Below, one piece after another: positions 36,675-46,706 of a DNA stretch of 64,000 nt. Every line of letters starts with the position of its first letter. Position 1 is the stretch's first letter. Position numbers and translations under genes: made by a program. Under the pieces are notes generated by a model. The model saw only the letters and a program-made list of their open reading frames with translations, was not told the origin of the DNA and searched no databases. Source of the DNA: an uncultured Candidatus Saccharibacteria bacterium (GTDB taxonomy: Bacteria; Patescibacteriota; Minisyncoccia; Phycocordibacterales; PALSA-1337); contig CAYPPJ010000005.1 in assembly GCA_964412585.1 (NCBI GenBank), forward strand, positions 1,512 to 65,511, in the 5' to 3' direction.

Positions 36675-37751
36675 CTACTTCACATCCACCATCTTCCCTC
36701 CTTGCATCACCATCATCTTTGTATCAGGAAGTCTGTTGCCTGTTGCGCCGAACTTTATTGTGCCGCTCGCTCCGGGGAATGAAATAGTTTTTATGTTTTT
36801 AGTCCAGGTGTCACGATCCGCACTATATGCTTGAGCCAGGATATTGAAAGCGTCATATCCAACGTCAGAGAAGAAACCGGCTTCCACTCCATATCGTGCC
36901 TTGTATGCCGCTTTGAATGCTTCAGTAGAATCCAATTTCATTCCACCGACAATTGCCCCGTCTATAACAGACAGATCTCCGAGAATGCGTTGATAGTCAG
37001 TAAATCCTGAGACGAAACTAGTGTCAAAGAAAAGGGCCGGCTTATTCTTTACCACTTTCAGAAATTCTTTTATAAACTGTGCACCCTGTTGCGGATAGAT
37101 AAACAAGCCAACTGCCTGCGGATTACCTGCCGCAGCCTTCAACGCATGCGTACGGAAATCTTTTTCAGACGCGTCAATCTTAAAATCAGTCGTCGAGCCT
37201 TGGAATCCTTTTTTGAAACTCTCCACGAAACGAACCATGGCATCAAGGTTGGTATACACCAAATTCATCTGTGTGATGCCCTTATTTCTCATATAGACAC
37301 CGTAATCATATTCAGAGACGATGCTATCTGGGAAAAGTCCGAAGACATTGTCATCTGTCGGCTCACGTCCCTGTTCTCCGCCTTGCATGACTGGCATGTG
37401 CGCCTGGGTTACCGTGTCATAAATTGAATCAATAGTTGGTGTCGACGCGTTGATGAGCGCATCGATCTTATTCACATTCACCAACTTCTGATAGGCGCTT
37501 ACTCCCTTGCCGCCACTAAAGCCATCGTCCTCGATAGAGAGATTGATAGGGGCATCCGGATGTTTTGCATTGTACTCTTCATTTGCAAGAACAACTCCAT
37601 TCTTCAAATTTTCTCCGACAGCGGCATAATCACCGCTCAAGATGCTGATAAGTCCGACATTGAAACCTTTTACTGGCGTCTTACTGCCTGTACCAAAGTA
37701 AATAACAACGATTATGATAATAACGATCAGGGCCCAAAGATATTTTTTCAT
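36675..37751 (-). CDS. LivK-family ABC substrate-binding protein (paralog 7)
   Basis: The likely start is MKKYLWALIVIII at 37751. PBP type I. Confidence 0.85.
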   Translation of the reverse strand: MKKYLWALIVIIIIVVIYFGTGSKTPVKGFNVGLISILSGDYAAVGENLKNGVVLANEEYNAKHPDAPINLSIEDDGFSGGKGVSAYQKLVNVNKIDALINASTPTIDSIYDTVTQAHMPVMQGGEQGREPTDDNVFGLFPDSIVSEYDYGVYMRNKGITQMNLVYTNLDAMVRFVESFKKGFQGSTTDFKIDASEKDFRTHALKAAAGNPQAVGLFIYPQQGAQFIKEFLKVVKNKPALFFDTSFVSGFTDYQRILGDLSVIDGAIVGGMKLDSTEAFKAAYKARYGVEAGFFSDVGYDAFNILAQAYSADRDTWTKNIKTISFPGASGTIKFGATGNRLPDTKMMVMQGGKMVDVK

Positions 37752-37905
37752 GGAGACACTATACCATATACCAAAGCACACGCTATTTTAGTCAAAAAAT
37801 ATGATATTTGAATAGTCACAATAGCCCTCAATGTAATGCTCAAATCAATTTTACTAAAATATCATCAGAATTGCTGATAAATATAAAGTGTGCTAGAAAG
37901 AGTCT

Positions 37906-38640
37906 ATGGATACCATACAGCGAACACTCATCGAAGCGGGCTTTACTGACAAAGAAGCCGTCGTATACCTTACCCTCTTGAGTTGTGGAAGCGCCTCGGC
38001 ATATACTGTCGCTGAAAAATCAGGACTCAAACCTTCCACCAGTTATCTAACTCTTTACAACCTCACTCGCAAAGGCCTTGTATCTACTATTCCACGCGCC
38101 AAGAAAAAACTCTTTATTGCAAAAGATCCCCGTGAAGTCATCTCCTATCTTGAAGAACGAACTGCTCGTGCTAAGCGTGCTTTGCCGGAGATGCTTTCAC
38201 TTATTCCTGCTCATGTACCAAAACTCAAGATTCAGTACTTTCAAGGCATGAAGGGTGTTCAGGAGGCTCTCAACTATGGCATCACGCACAAAATACCTAC
38301 GACAGAAATCGTCGGCTTCTATGCCAGTGGCAGTCGTGTGGAACGTCAATATATGGATATGTCAGTCCAATTTATGCGCAGTCTCAAAAAGCGCGGTGTC
38401 CGTGTGCGTGGTATTACGCCAGATGATGCAACCATCCGCGAGATCAAGAAGCTCAACGATACGCTCGGTCATGAGCTACGCACGATTCCCCTTTCAGAAT
38501 ATTCAGCGCAGGCTTCGATAGAGGCTGAAGACAAGCTCGTGCGCATCATTCTCAACAATGACCAGCGTGCACTCATCATCGAAGATGCTGAGCTTGCCAG
38601 CATGGTCAAACAGATTTTTGAGATGGTGTGGAAGAAATAA
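37906..38640 (+). CDS. TrmB-family transcriptional regulator (copy 1)
   Basis: N-terminal wHTH EAGFTDKEAVVYLTLLSCGSASAYTVAEKSGLKPSTSYLTLYNLTRKGLV, typical of TrmB. C-terminal effector-like domain. Confidence 0.7.
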   Translation: MDTIQRTLIEAGFTDKEAVVYLTLLSCGSASAYTVAEKSGLKPSTSYLTLYNLTRKGLVSTIPRAKKKLFIAKDPREVISYLEERTARAKRALPEMLSLIPAHVPKLKIQYFQGMKGVQEALNYGITHKIPTTEIVGFYASGSRVERQYMDMSVQFMRSLKKRGVRVRGITPDDATIREIKKLNDTLGHELRTIPLSEYSAQASIEAEDKLVRIILNNDQRALIIEDAELASMVKQIFEMVWKK

Positions 38641-39792
38641 TTATTCTACTTTGACAAACTTCCCTGCGCGAACAGTTTGCATCTCGAATGCGTTCTCCGG
38701 CGTAGCAACGAAACCCATGGCATCAAACGACAGGTCATCGTATGCTACACCCTTCAATCCTTTCATATCAGCCAACGTCTTTTGCAACGCCTCACCGCCC
38801 TGCCCATTTGTTTTTTTGAGTCCCCAGGCAATCACTTGAACTGCATCATATGCCGTAGCGGCGGAAGGAAACTTTGGATACTCACCAAATCGCACCTTAA
38901 ATTTCTCCGCAAATGCTTTGTATCTTTCAGTTTGAACTGGAGTACTAAAGTATCTATTCTCCATTAATTTGGCGCATTGAGATAATGACGTCGGATCACC
39001 AGATGATTCAGTCCCTAAGGTAATACCTTTGTAGCCAAGTTGTGCCACCTGCTTCAAAAACGTGCATTGATTGTAATCGCTTGAAACAATGAAAATGGCT
39101 TCTGGTTTTTTCTGCATTGTGCGAGCTAGATTTGTCTTGAAATCAAGCTCCAACGGATTGCCCATGTCAATCTCGTCGATAACGGTCACTCCATAATTGG
39201 AGGCTTCTTTTTTGAATATACTTGCGGTGTATTCCCAGAATCCAGCAGCAACGGGTTTGATTATAGAAACTCTCTTTATACCACGTTTTTGAGCGAATCG
39301 AAGTAATTCACGAATACCAACTCGATTGTCATACCACGTTGAGAAAAAGTACGGATTATCATGATCTTTCTCGAGCATCGGACTACTATCCGCACCAACT
39401 GTCGGAACTTTTGCCGCCTCAATTATTGGCAATATGGGAAAAGCAGGCTCATCCCATTGTGGGCCGACGATGGCAGTTACCTTGTCTACAGATATCAGTT
39501 TTTGCGCAACAGCTACTACAACCTTAAGTTTATCTAGAGAGACGTCTTCACTGATCAATTCAAGTGGTTGTCCATTAATCCCACCTGACTCATTTATTTC
39601 GGTAACAGCCAAAGCTGCGCCACGTCGTTCCTCTTCGCCGATCGCTACACCAACACCAGTTAGCGCAGAAATTCCTCCAATTTTTATTGGTTGATTTTTA
39701 TTAGGAGATTGCGGTGCTCTTTGGCTCACAGCAACTCCGATAACAATAAGTGCGACAACAGCAATAAGTATTTTTGTAGTATTCGTTTTCAT
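38641..39792 (-). CDS. LivK-family ABC substrate-binding protein (paralog 8)
   Basis: TM anchor and a PBP type I fold. Confidence 0.85.
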   Translation of the reverse strand: MKTNTTKILIAVVALIVIGVAVSQRAPQSPNKNQPIKIGGISALTGVGVAIGEEERRGAALAVTEINESGGINGQPLELISEDVSLDKLKVVVAVAQKLISVDKVTAIVGPQWDEPAFPILPIIEAAKVPTVGADSSPMLEKDHDNPYFFSTWYDNRVGIRELLRFAQKRGIKRVSIIKPVAAGFWEYTASIFKKEASNYGVTVIDEIDMGNPLELDFKTNLARTMQKKPEAIFIVSSDYNQCTFLKQVAQLGYKGITLGTESSGDPTSLSQCAKLMENRYFSTPVQTERYKAFAEKFKVRFGEYPKFPSAATAYDAVQVIAWGLKKTNGQGGEALQKTLADMKGLKGVAYDDLSFDAMGFVATPENAFEMQTVRAGKFVKVE

Positions 39793-39814
39793 TGGATTAG
39801 TGCGTATTTACGAT

Positions 39815-39837
39815 AAAAACCTTGGTTCGCCCAAGGT
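39815..39837. promoter_or_regulatory. 9-bp perfect palindrome AAACCTTGG-ttcgc-CCAAGGTTT abutting the -35 TTGACA of the TrmB copy 2 promoter
   Basis: Read directly. It sits in a divergent intergenic region, so it is not a terminator. Candidate operator. Confidence 0.4.
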
Positions 39838-39917
39838 TTGACAGCAGTATATAAAATGGTAATATGTATGCAAACTCTCCTGTTTGGGAGAGTAAATATC
39901 ATAAAATTATTACGTTG

Positions 39918-40673
39918 ATGAACACCTCCATCCTAAAAAATTACGGCCTCAATAGGAATGACATCGCCGTCTATGACGCACTCCTTCGACTTGGACGATC
40001 AAAAACTGGACCTATTATCCACGGGACCGATATTGTCAGTTCCCGCGTGTATGAATCACTCCGCATCCTCGTTTCGCGCGGACTTGTCTCTTACCAGGTC
40101 AAAAACAATATCAAATACTATCAAGCCGAGTCCCCCGACCAGCTCATCGATGAAGCCGGCAAGAATATTGGTGAACTAAAAACTCTGGCAAAAGATATCG
40201 ACTCCTTTTCTATTCCCCTTCCCTCACGTAACGACGCCAATATATTCGAAGGTAGACATGGATTTAAGATGGCTTTCACACAGCACATAGAACACATAAA
40301 AAGGGGTGAGAAAGTTTCTATCATCGGCTTTTCGCACCGCGCATATCTAAAAGGCGCCGGTAGTCGTGAACTTCGATCATTTTTTACCAACAGCGACACT
40401 CTCATGATGCCCAAGAAAGCTCATGCTCGACTCCTTACTGAACGTGAACTTATGCCCATACTCACCAAGGAACGCATTGATTCGTCCATTTACAACATTA
40501 AATATTTGCCATCTGGATATTTTGGACCCTGCGCGGTCAATATCTCTGAAACAGAAGTCCTGCTTTCTGTATGGGGCGAGAGTCCAATTGTATTTAGTAT
40601 CAAAAACCCAACTGTCGTAAAGACATTTCAGAAAAACTTTGACTTTTTGTGGGGACTGGCGAAGAAGAAATAA
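39918..40673 (+). CDS. TrmB-family transcriptional regulator (copy 2)
   Basis: The wHTH NYGLNRNDIAVYDALLRLGRSKTGPI begins at the internal Met 39918. The ORF opens at 39864. Confidence 0.65.
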   Translation: MNTSILKNYGLNRNDIAVYDALLRLGRSKTGPIIHGTDIVSSRVYESLRILVSRGLVSYQVKNNIKYYQAESPDQLIDEAGKNIGELKTLAKDIDSFSIPLPSRNDANIFEGRHGFKMAFTQHIEHIKRGEKVSIIGFSHRAYLKGAGSRELRSFFTNSDTLMMPKKAHARLLTERELMPILTKERIDSSIYNIKYLPSGYFGPCAVNISETEVLLSVWGESPIVFSIKNPTVVKTFQKNFDFLWGLAKKK

Positions 40674-40750
40674 AAGGGTCAACTGCCCATCCGGGTATGA
40701 AAAAAGGAGTCACGCTCTCACTGCGTGACTCCTTCAAACCAACATCTCGA

Positions 40751-41533
40751 TTAGAACTTGAGACTGATGCCCCCCGAAACGACGGCATCTGTTTCCCGAC
40801 TATCGCGCACCGTGAGTGGTACGTAATAGCTGATCCTCGGAAGGATCAGGGAAATGTGCGAAGTGACCTTCCAGTCGGCTTCGACACATCCTTTGAGCAG
40901 AAACCCGTTATCAAATCCGAATCCGCCATCGTCGTAAGTACACGACAATGAGCAGAACAGACTGAGTGGGGTTTTTGGTACCGGGCGAAAGGTGCTCGCA
41001 CCCACCGAATAAAGGTTTCCCCCTTCGAAAGTGCTGCCCGGCGCCACCGTGTAGTTCTCGAACAAAGCGAACACGTTCACCTTGTCGATACTCTTGGTGA
41101 GTTTGACATGGCTGTACCACACATCGCCAGGACCGAAGGAGAAAACCCCCGGTTCGTCGAAGTAGGTTATGCCCAAGTCAACCACCAAGTCGCCGGCCTG
41201 ACCCTTGAGACCAAACTTGCTCAGCGGACCAGACCATCCGAGGCCGTAGTCCATTTCGCTCGCGAAGTTTTCATTCCACGGGCTGTGACCGACGGGGGCC
41301 GAGTGCCAGAGTAAGGCATAGGCACCGTTGTTCAACGTCATAACCAGGTCCGACTGAACGACCGGCTTTCCGTAGAACAGGGCTCCGTTACCAAAACCAA
41401 GGTATTTATCCGCAACGACGCTACTCGCCGTCACCGACGATATACCCCAGGGTGCGTTTGTTTCGCCCGCAGCACAAGCTACGTGCGTCGCGACAAAAAG
41501 CGCGACACTGATACTGACAATGATCTTTTTCAT
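40751..41533 (-). CDS. secreted beta-rich protein with a signal peptide and a C-terminal Phe (outer-membrane-protein-like)
   Basis: Signal peptide MKKIIVSISVALFVATHVACA. Alternating Gly/aromatic beta-strand pattern, ending in SLKF. Higher GC than its neighbours. Confidence 0.45.
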   Translation of the reverse strand: MKKIIVSISVALFVATHVACAAGETNAPWGISSVTASSVVADKYLGFGNGALFYGKPVVQSDLVMTLNNGAYALLWHSAPVGHSPWNENFASEMDYGLGWSGPLSKFGLKGQAGDLVVDLGITYFDEPGVFSFGPGDVWYSHVKLTKSIDKVNVFALFENYTVAPGSTFEGGNLYSVGASTFRPVPKTPLSLFCSLSCTYDDGGFGFDNGFLLKGCVEADWKVTSHISLILPRISYYVPLTVRDSRETDAVVSGGISLKF

Positions 41534-41706
41534 AATTTCTTTCCGATTACAGCATTTCAGAGTTGTTTACCAACGATATGACGGAATTATAGCAAACTTT
41601 ACACTATTTGTCAATATTTTATATTGACTATATGCCGTTTTTTTGATACAGTTTTGCGGAATTTGAACCCGCTTTTATCGTTAAGGCGGTACCCTGAAAA
41701 CAGCAT

Positions 41707-42465
41707 ATGAACAAGCCACCTACGGCAACAACCGGCGAGCCTCAATACCGTGTTCGACTTGCCCACAACCTGTCCGAAATTCGTGCGGCAATGGCACTCC
41801 GGTATCGAGTCTTCTACGAAGAAATGGGTGAGGGTTCAGAGAATCCCCTCGGTCTCGACCAAGACCCTTTTGATATGGCTTGCCAGCATATCAACGTGTA
41901 TGACCAGCACGATCAAGTCATCGGTACCTACCGTATGCAAACGGGAAAAATGGCAGCACAGAATCTTGGCTATTACTTTGCCAATGAATTCGAAATGGAA
42001 CCCTTCGAACCAATTCGGGGAGAAATCCTCGAACTTGGACGGGCATGCATTGCACGCGAACACCGCAAACCCGGCGTGCTTTCCTATCTATGGAGCGGTA
42101 TCGCAGATTATGCGGGACTACATGGGGTTCGGTACCTTATCGGGTGCAGCTCGATTCACACGGTTGAACCCGCTGACGGTAATGCGGTATGGGAGCATCT
42201 TGAACGTAAAGGCTTCCTTGTGGACTCCCGTTTTGCCACGGCACCCCTGGCTCACGGCTCATGTGGTAATGTGCCACCAAGCCCGAAACTTCCCGAAATT
42301 CCCAAGCTCTTCGGTCTCTACCTGACCATTGGAGCAAAGGTCTGCAGTCGGCCGTTCATTGATAGCAGTTTCAAAACCATTGATTTTTTGACTCTGCTCG
42401 ACCTTAAGGAGGTCCCACCCCGCGTCGCTCAACGATACTTGAAGCGTGTCAAAATCGGCACATGA
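41707..42465 (+). CDS. GNAT-family N-acyltransferase (OlsB / N-acyl amino-acid synthase-like, Acetyltransf_5 type)
   Basis: LRYRVFYEEMGEG and GTYRMQTG motifs, characteristic of OlsB/NAS hemolysin-like acyltransferases. 252 aa. Confidence 0.55.
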   Translation: MNKPPTATTGEPQYRVRLAHNLSEIRAAMALRYRVFYEEMGEGSENPLGLDQDPFDMACQHINVYDQHDQVIGTYRMQTGKMAAQNLGYYFANEFEMEPFEPIRGEILELGRACIAREHRKPGVLSYLWSGIADYAGLHGVRYLIGCSSIHTVEPADGNAVWEHLERKGFLVDSRFATAPLAHGSCGNVPPSPKLPEIPKLFGLYLTIGAKVCSRPFIDSSFKTIDFLTLLDLKEVPPRVAQRYLKRVKIGT

Positions 42466-42526
42466 CATAGCGTGACAAAGCAAACACCCAGTTGGAAGTT
42501 CCAGCTGGGCGTTTTTATTTTACATT

Positions 42527-43393
42527 TTACAACCTATATTCCCCCACCAATCCCTGCGGTCTATACAACATGAGTAGTATCAAAATAACTCCATACACCA
42601 CCTGTCTCATTTGCGCCGCAATATCTGATGGAAAACCGACAAAACGGAGGATCTCTGGCAACAGGATCAGACAGACGGCGCCAAGCACCGCACCTTTGTT
42701 GTTCGCCAATCCGCCAAGAATAACGATGGCCAGCAAGAAGATAGATTCATTCAAGGTGAATGTCGATGGATCGATGAAGGTAATGTAACTCGCGAACAAT
42801 GCACCGGCCACCGAAGCTAGCACCGCGCCGATAACAAAGATGGCAAGTTTGTACCAGAGTGTGTGGTAACCAAAGACACGGATTGCTTCTTCATCTTCAC
42901 GGATGGCTTTGAGAACACGACCAAATGACGAGCGAGTCACAAAGACACAAACACCATAGACCAGAAGTCCGAGTACAATAGCAAGAATCAGAAATGATAA
43001 GTTGTCGGAAAAAGTAAAGCCAAACAATGATGGACGTGGGATGCCCGGAATGCCGAGAGGGCCGCGAGTCAGACTTTGCCAATTCAAGAAGACACTGTAA
43101 ATAATGACATTGAAGCCGAATGAGCCGAGCGCGTAATAGTCGTCTTTGAATTTGGACAACACAAACCCAATCGCCAGTGACAACACAGCGGTGATGATCA
43201 TACCGATAATCAGGGCCACAAAGAAATTCATCCCTGTGGTCGTCAACAAGATGGCCGTGACGTATGCACCGATACCATAGAATGCCGCCTGCGTGATCGA
43301 AAGCAGTCCTGCATAGCCGACTATGAGGTTAAGCGACAACCCGAGGATGCCGTAGATGCAGATGAGTATGGCGAGGTGGATGAGGTATTCCAT
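42527..43393 (-). CDS. livM: branched-chain amino acid ABC transporter permease LivM-like
   Basis: 8-10 TM helices with conserved LivM segments (GYAGLLSITQAAFYGIGAY, LTRGPLGI). Confidence 0.85.
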   Translation of the reverse strand: MEYLIHLAILICIYGILGLSLNLIVGYAGLLSITQAAFYGIGAYVTAILLTTTGMNFFVALIIGMIITAVLSLAIGFVLSKFKDDYYALGSFGFNVIIYSVFLNWQSLTRGPLGIPGIPRPSLFGFTFSDNLSFLILAIVLGLLVYGVCVFVTRSSFGRVLKAIREDEEAIRVFGYHTLWYKLAIFVIGAVLASVAGALFASYITFIDPSTFTLNESIFLLAIVILGGLANNKGAVLGAVCLILLPEILRFVGFPSDIAAQMRQVVYGVILILLMLYRPQGLVGEYRL

Positions 43394-43394
43394 G

Positions 43395-44468
43395 TTAATT
43401 CCAAATTTCTATTGTTGTCGGTAATACAATATCTCCATTGGGCTGTATTTTTACTTTCTCATATTTACCTTCGAAAGTCCCCAAGTTCTTGATGTACTGT
43501 ATCAACGTCTGAGGATCACGGGATCCAGTCTTTTTAACAGCGTCGACAAGTAATTCCAAATCTGTGTACGCCACATAGCCGAGCGGTGAGACGTCATTGC
43601 CGTATTTAGCTTTATAATCAGTGCTGAATTGCGGATTTAATACATATTTCTGATACTTCAATCCTTGTGCACTATCACCAGCAATCTTCTGCGCATCTGG
43701 CGTAAGACCAAACCCAACGCCAGCATACATCGCTCCAGTATAGCCAAGTTCTTTTGTTTGTTTTATAACAACACCGGCCGCGGATCCAAATACCCCATAT
43801 ACAAACGCGTCAGGATTTTGTGACTTCAATTTTGTAATCTGTGATTTAAAATCTGCCGACTTGTTATCAATTGCCTCAGAAGAAACAATGACGCCCTGTT
43901 GAGTGAGAATATCAGTAAGAAGCTTATTGAACACAACCCCCCATTCATCCTGCTGATATACAATAGCAACTTTCTTCCTTCCATCTTTCATCAACGAATC
44001 CGAAATAACATCTGCCCCTCCCGACGCGGTACTACTGTGGCGTAATATAAATTCTGTATTATTGGTCAAATCCGGATGAGTGGCATTGGCCCACAGTATC
44101 GCGTTCTTCCTCTCTTCAACCAAAGGTTTAAGAGCCATACTATCTGAAGATATTATGGTAAACACGACAATATCTTTTTTGACATCTGTAAGCAGATTGA
44201 ATGCAGCAATCGCCTTCTTTTGATCAGTTCCCGAATCTTCTATGTCGAGCTGAATAGGAAAACCGCCCGCATTCAGTTCGTCAGCCTTGAATTGATACCC
44301 ATTCCTAACTATCTCGCCAACACCTGCACCAGGACCTGACAATGCCAATACGGCACCAACTTTCAGCGGTACGCTTGTCGATACAATACTTTGTTTGGAG
44401 CTTGAAAGCGCCCACACAATAACTGCGAGTGCTGCCAGGATTATGATTATCCAAATAATTTTCTTCAT
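43395..44468 (-). CDS. LivK-family ABC substrate-binding protein (paralog 9)
   Basis: TM anchor and a PBP type I fold. Confidence 0.85.
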   Translation of the reverse strand: MKKIIWIIIILAALAVIVWALSSSKQSIVSTSVPLKVGAVLALSGPGAGVGEIVRNGYQFKADELNAGGFPIQLDIEDSGTDQKKAIAAFNLLTDVKKDIVVFTIISSDSMALKPLVEERKNAILWANATHPDLTNNTEFILRHSSTASGGADVISDSLMKDGRKKVAIVYQQDEWGVVFNKLLTDILTQQGVIVSSEAIDNKSADFKSQITKLKSQNPDAFVYGVFGSAAGVVIKQTKELGYTGAMYAGVGFGLTPDAQKIAGDSAQGLKYQKYVLNPQFSTDYKAKYGNDVSPLGYVAYTDLELLVDAVKKTGSRDPQTLIQYIKNLGTFEGKYEKVKIQPNGDIVLPTTIEIWN

Positions 44469-44474
44469 AATGAT

Positions 44475-45341
44475 TTATTTCTTCAAAATTCCCTGCGGTC
44501 TCCACAACAGGAAAATAATAAGTACAGCAAACGCAATGGCGTCTTTCCATTCTCCTGAAATCTTCCAGATACCAAAGTTCTCGACGAAACCGAGGAAGAA
44601 TGCACCCAGTACGCCACCATATATATTACCAATACCGCCGATAATAGAAGCGATCACACCTTTGAGCAACAAGGACATACCCATGGTCGGCTCGATGCCA
44701 GTGTCGAAACCTATCAGGATACCCGCAAGACCCGCGATCGAAGAACCGATGAAGAAAATCCACCCAATAACTTTCGGCGTATTGATACCCACAATCTTTG
44801 AAACTTCTTCATCGTCACTCACCGCTTTGACGGCTTTGCCGAAGATGGTGAACTTGAGAACGAGAGCCATGATGGCCATGATCACAATACCGCAGATGAG
44901 GATGATGAGCTGTACTTCGGTGATGACACCGCCAAAAATATCGTAGACCTTCCCCGCTCCCGCACTCTGCGACAGTGTCTGAAACTGGCTAGTGAAAAGA
45001 ATGGCGATGATTGCCTGGATTGCCGTAAAGGCGCCGAGCGAACCAACAAGGAGCACCATACCAGATGATTTGCGAGCACGGAGCGGAGAGTAAATAAATT
45101 TGTAGAGCAAGAATCCGAGGATGCCGGCAATCAAGAAGCCAAGGATGATGGAAAGATAGAGGTTGAGGCCGAGGGTCTTGTAGAAATAGTAGACCGAGTA
45201 TCCACCAACCGCCGTGAGCGCGCCATAGCCGAGGTCAAAGAATTTGACGGTTCCGTAGATGAGATTAAAACCGAGGGCAACCATGGTATAGATTGCTCCG
45301 GCAATGATACTGTTCACAATCAGTTGAGGAATGATGTCCAT
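44475..45341 (-). CDS. livH: branched-chain amino acid ABC transporter permease LivH-like
   Basis: IIAGAIYTMVALGFNLIYG is a typical LivH N-terminus. Polytopic. Confidence 0.85.
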   Translation of the reverse strand: MDIIPQLIVNSIIAGAIYTMVALGFNLIYGTVKFFDLGYGALTAVGGYSVYYFYKTLGLNLYLSIILGFLIAGILGFLLYKFIYSPLRARKSSGMVLLVGSLGAFTAIQAIIAILFTSQFQTLSQSAGAGKVYDIFGGVITEVQLIILICGIVIMAIMALVLKFTIFGKAVKAVSDDEEVSKIVGINTPKVIGWIFFIGSSIAGLAGILIGFDTGIEPTMGMSLLLKGVIASIIGGIGNIYGGVLGAFFLGFVENFGIWKISGEWKDAIAFAVLIIFLLWRPQGILKK

Positions 45342-45419
45342 GAATGGTTGTGGTTGTAGCGCTATAAATATATACCAAAACCCGCTCTGTGGCGAGCGGG
45401 TTTTGTTGATTACGTTTCA

Positions 45420-46535
45420 TTACTGACTGATAGTCACCGGCTTTCCATCCTTTATCATACGAAGCACAGCCTTGGTGATAACCACATGGTCAGGACCAAT
45501 TTCGATATTGTCACCGAGAGCTCCGTCGTAGTCTTTGATTTCCGCAATTGCGTGAGCAAGTTGTGTTGTGGTCGGCTTGACTGTGCCATCAAATGTTTCG
45601 GCTGCTTGCACAACCATCTTGGTAATGTCGTAGGCGTTTGGTGTACCGATAGATACTGGCTTTCCATATTCAGCGAAGTAATGATCAGAAAATGCTTTGG
45701 TTGGGTCAGCGGCGTTCACATACCAGAGTCCTTCGAAAATCGCAGGAGTGTCCGAAAGTTCAAATGACTCAATCGCGGTGATCGGTGTCTTTACGCCAAG
45801 CTCTTTGATCTGCGCATTCAAGACTTCGAGTTCCGGCGAAAACATACAGATAACAAAGTAATCTGAACCTGATGCTTTCGCTTTGGCGATTGCAGTTCTA
45901 AAATCCTTAGTTCCAAAATTTGAGATGTCCTCAGAAACAACGGTAATGCCTGTTCCCGGAAGCTGTTTCCTCAACTCATCGAACACGGCAGTAATGCCAG
46001 AAATAGTCTGACCGAACAGTGAGATCTTCTTGATACCACGCTTCTTGGCTTCGGCAAGAAATACCTTTATCTCTTCTTTTGGTGGGGTCCAGTTGGTAAA
46101 GTTGAATTCACCCTTAGCGATAGCTGGGTCAGAAGCCGTGCTGATATGAACAATCTTCATTTTCTCGGCAATCGGATTGGCAACACCGCCAGCTGCCGAG
46201 GCAACCGTAGAAACTACGTCTACTTTATCAATATTGATCAGCTTGTTGAGTGCCGTCGCGGTCTTTGCGGGAGTAAAGGCATCATCTTCAAACAATACTT
46301 CATAGTTGTACTTCGTATCTGTTGCCTTAATATCCTTCAACGCCAACTCGGCAGATCGCTTCATGCCTTCACCAAGATATGATGCTCCACCTGACAACGG
46401 TAGAACGAAACCAATCTTAATAGTCTCCTTGGCAGCTGGCTGTACGGGAGCCTTTGTTGAGGCCAGTGAGATAATCACGAGGACGATGATCACAATCGCC
46501 ACGATGCTTCCAATAATTTTTGATGTTTTACTCAT
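45420..46535 (-). CDS. LivK-family ABC substrate-binding protein (paralog 10)
   Basis: TM anchor and a PBP type I fold. Confidence 0.85.
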   Translation of the reverse strand: MSKTSKIIGSIVAIVIIVLVIISLASTKAPVQPAAKETIKIGFVLPLSGGASYLGEGMKRSAELALKDIKATDTKYNYEVLFEDDAFTPAKTATALNKLINIDKVDVVSTVASAAGGVANPIAEKMKIVHISTASDPAIAKGEFNFTNWTPPKEEIKVFLAEAKKRGIKKISLFGQTISGITAVFDELRKQLPGTGITVVSEDISNFGTKDFRTAIAKAKASGSDYFVICMFSPELEVLNAQIKELGVKTPITAIESFELSDTPAIFEGLWYVNAADPTKAFSDHYFAEYGKPVSIGTPNAYDITKMVVQAAETFDGTVKPTTTQLAHAIAEIKDYDGALGDNIEIGPDHVVITKAVLRMIKDGKPVTISQ

Positions 46536-46706
46536 AAAAGTGTGTATTAATAGTACGCCATGAGTATAGCAGATATGTCTATACTGTTACTTGGATGTGT
46601 GAATATATTTACTTGCATATGGCTCAGCAAGGCCAAATCCACCTATATAATGATATTTTGTTCGTAAGAAGTGACAAAAATATGATTATGTGTTACTATA
46701 CTAAGC

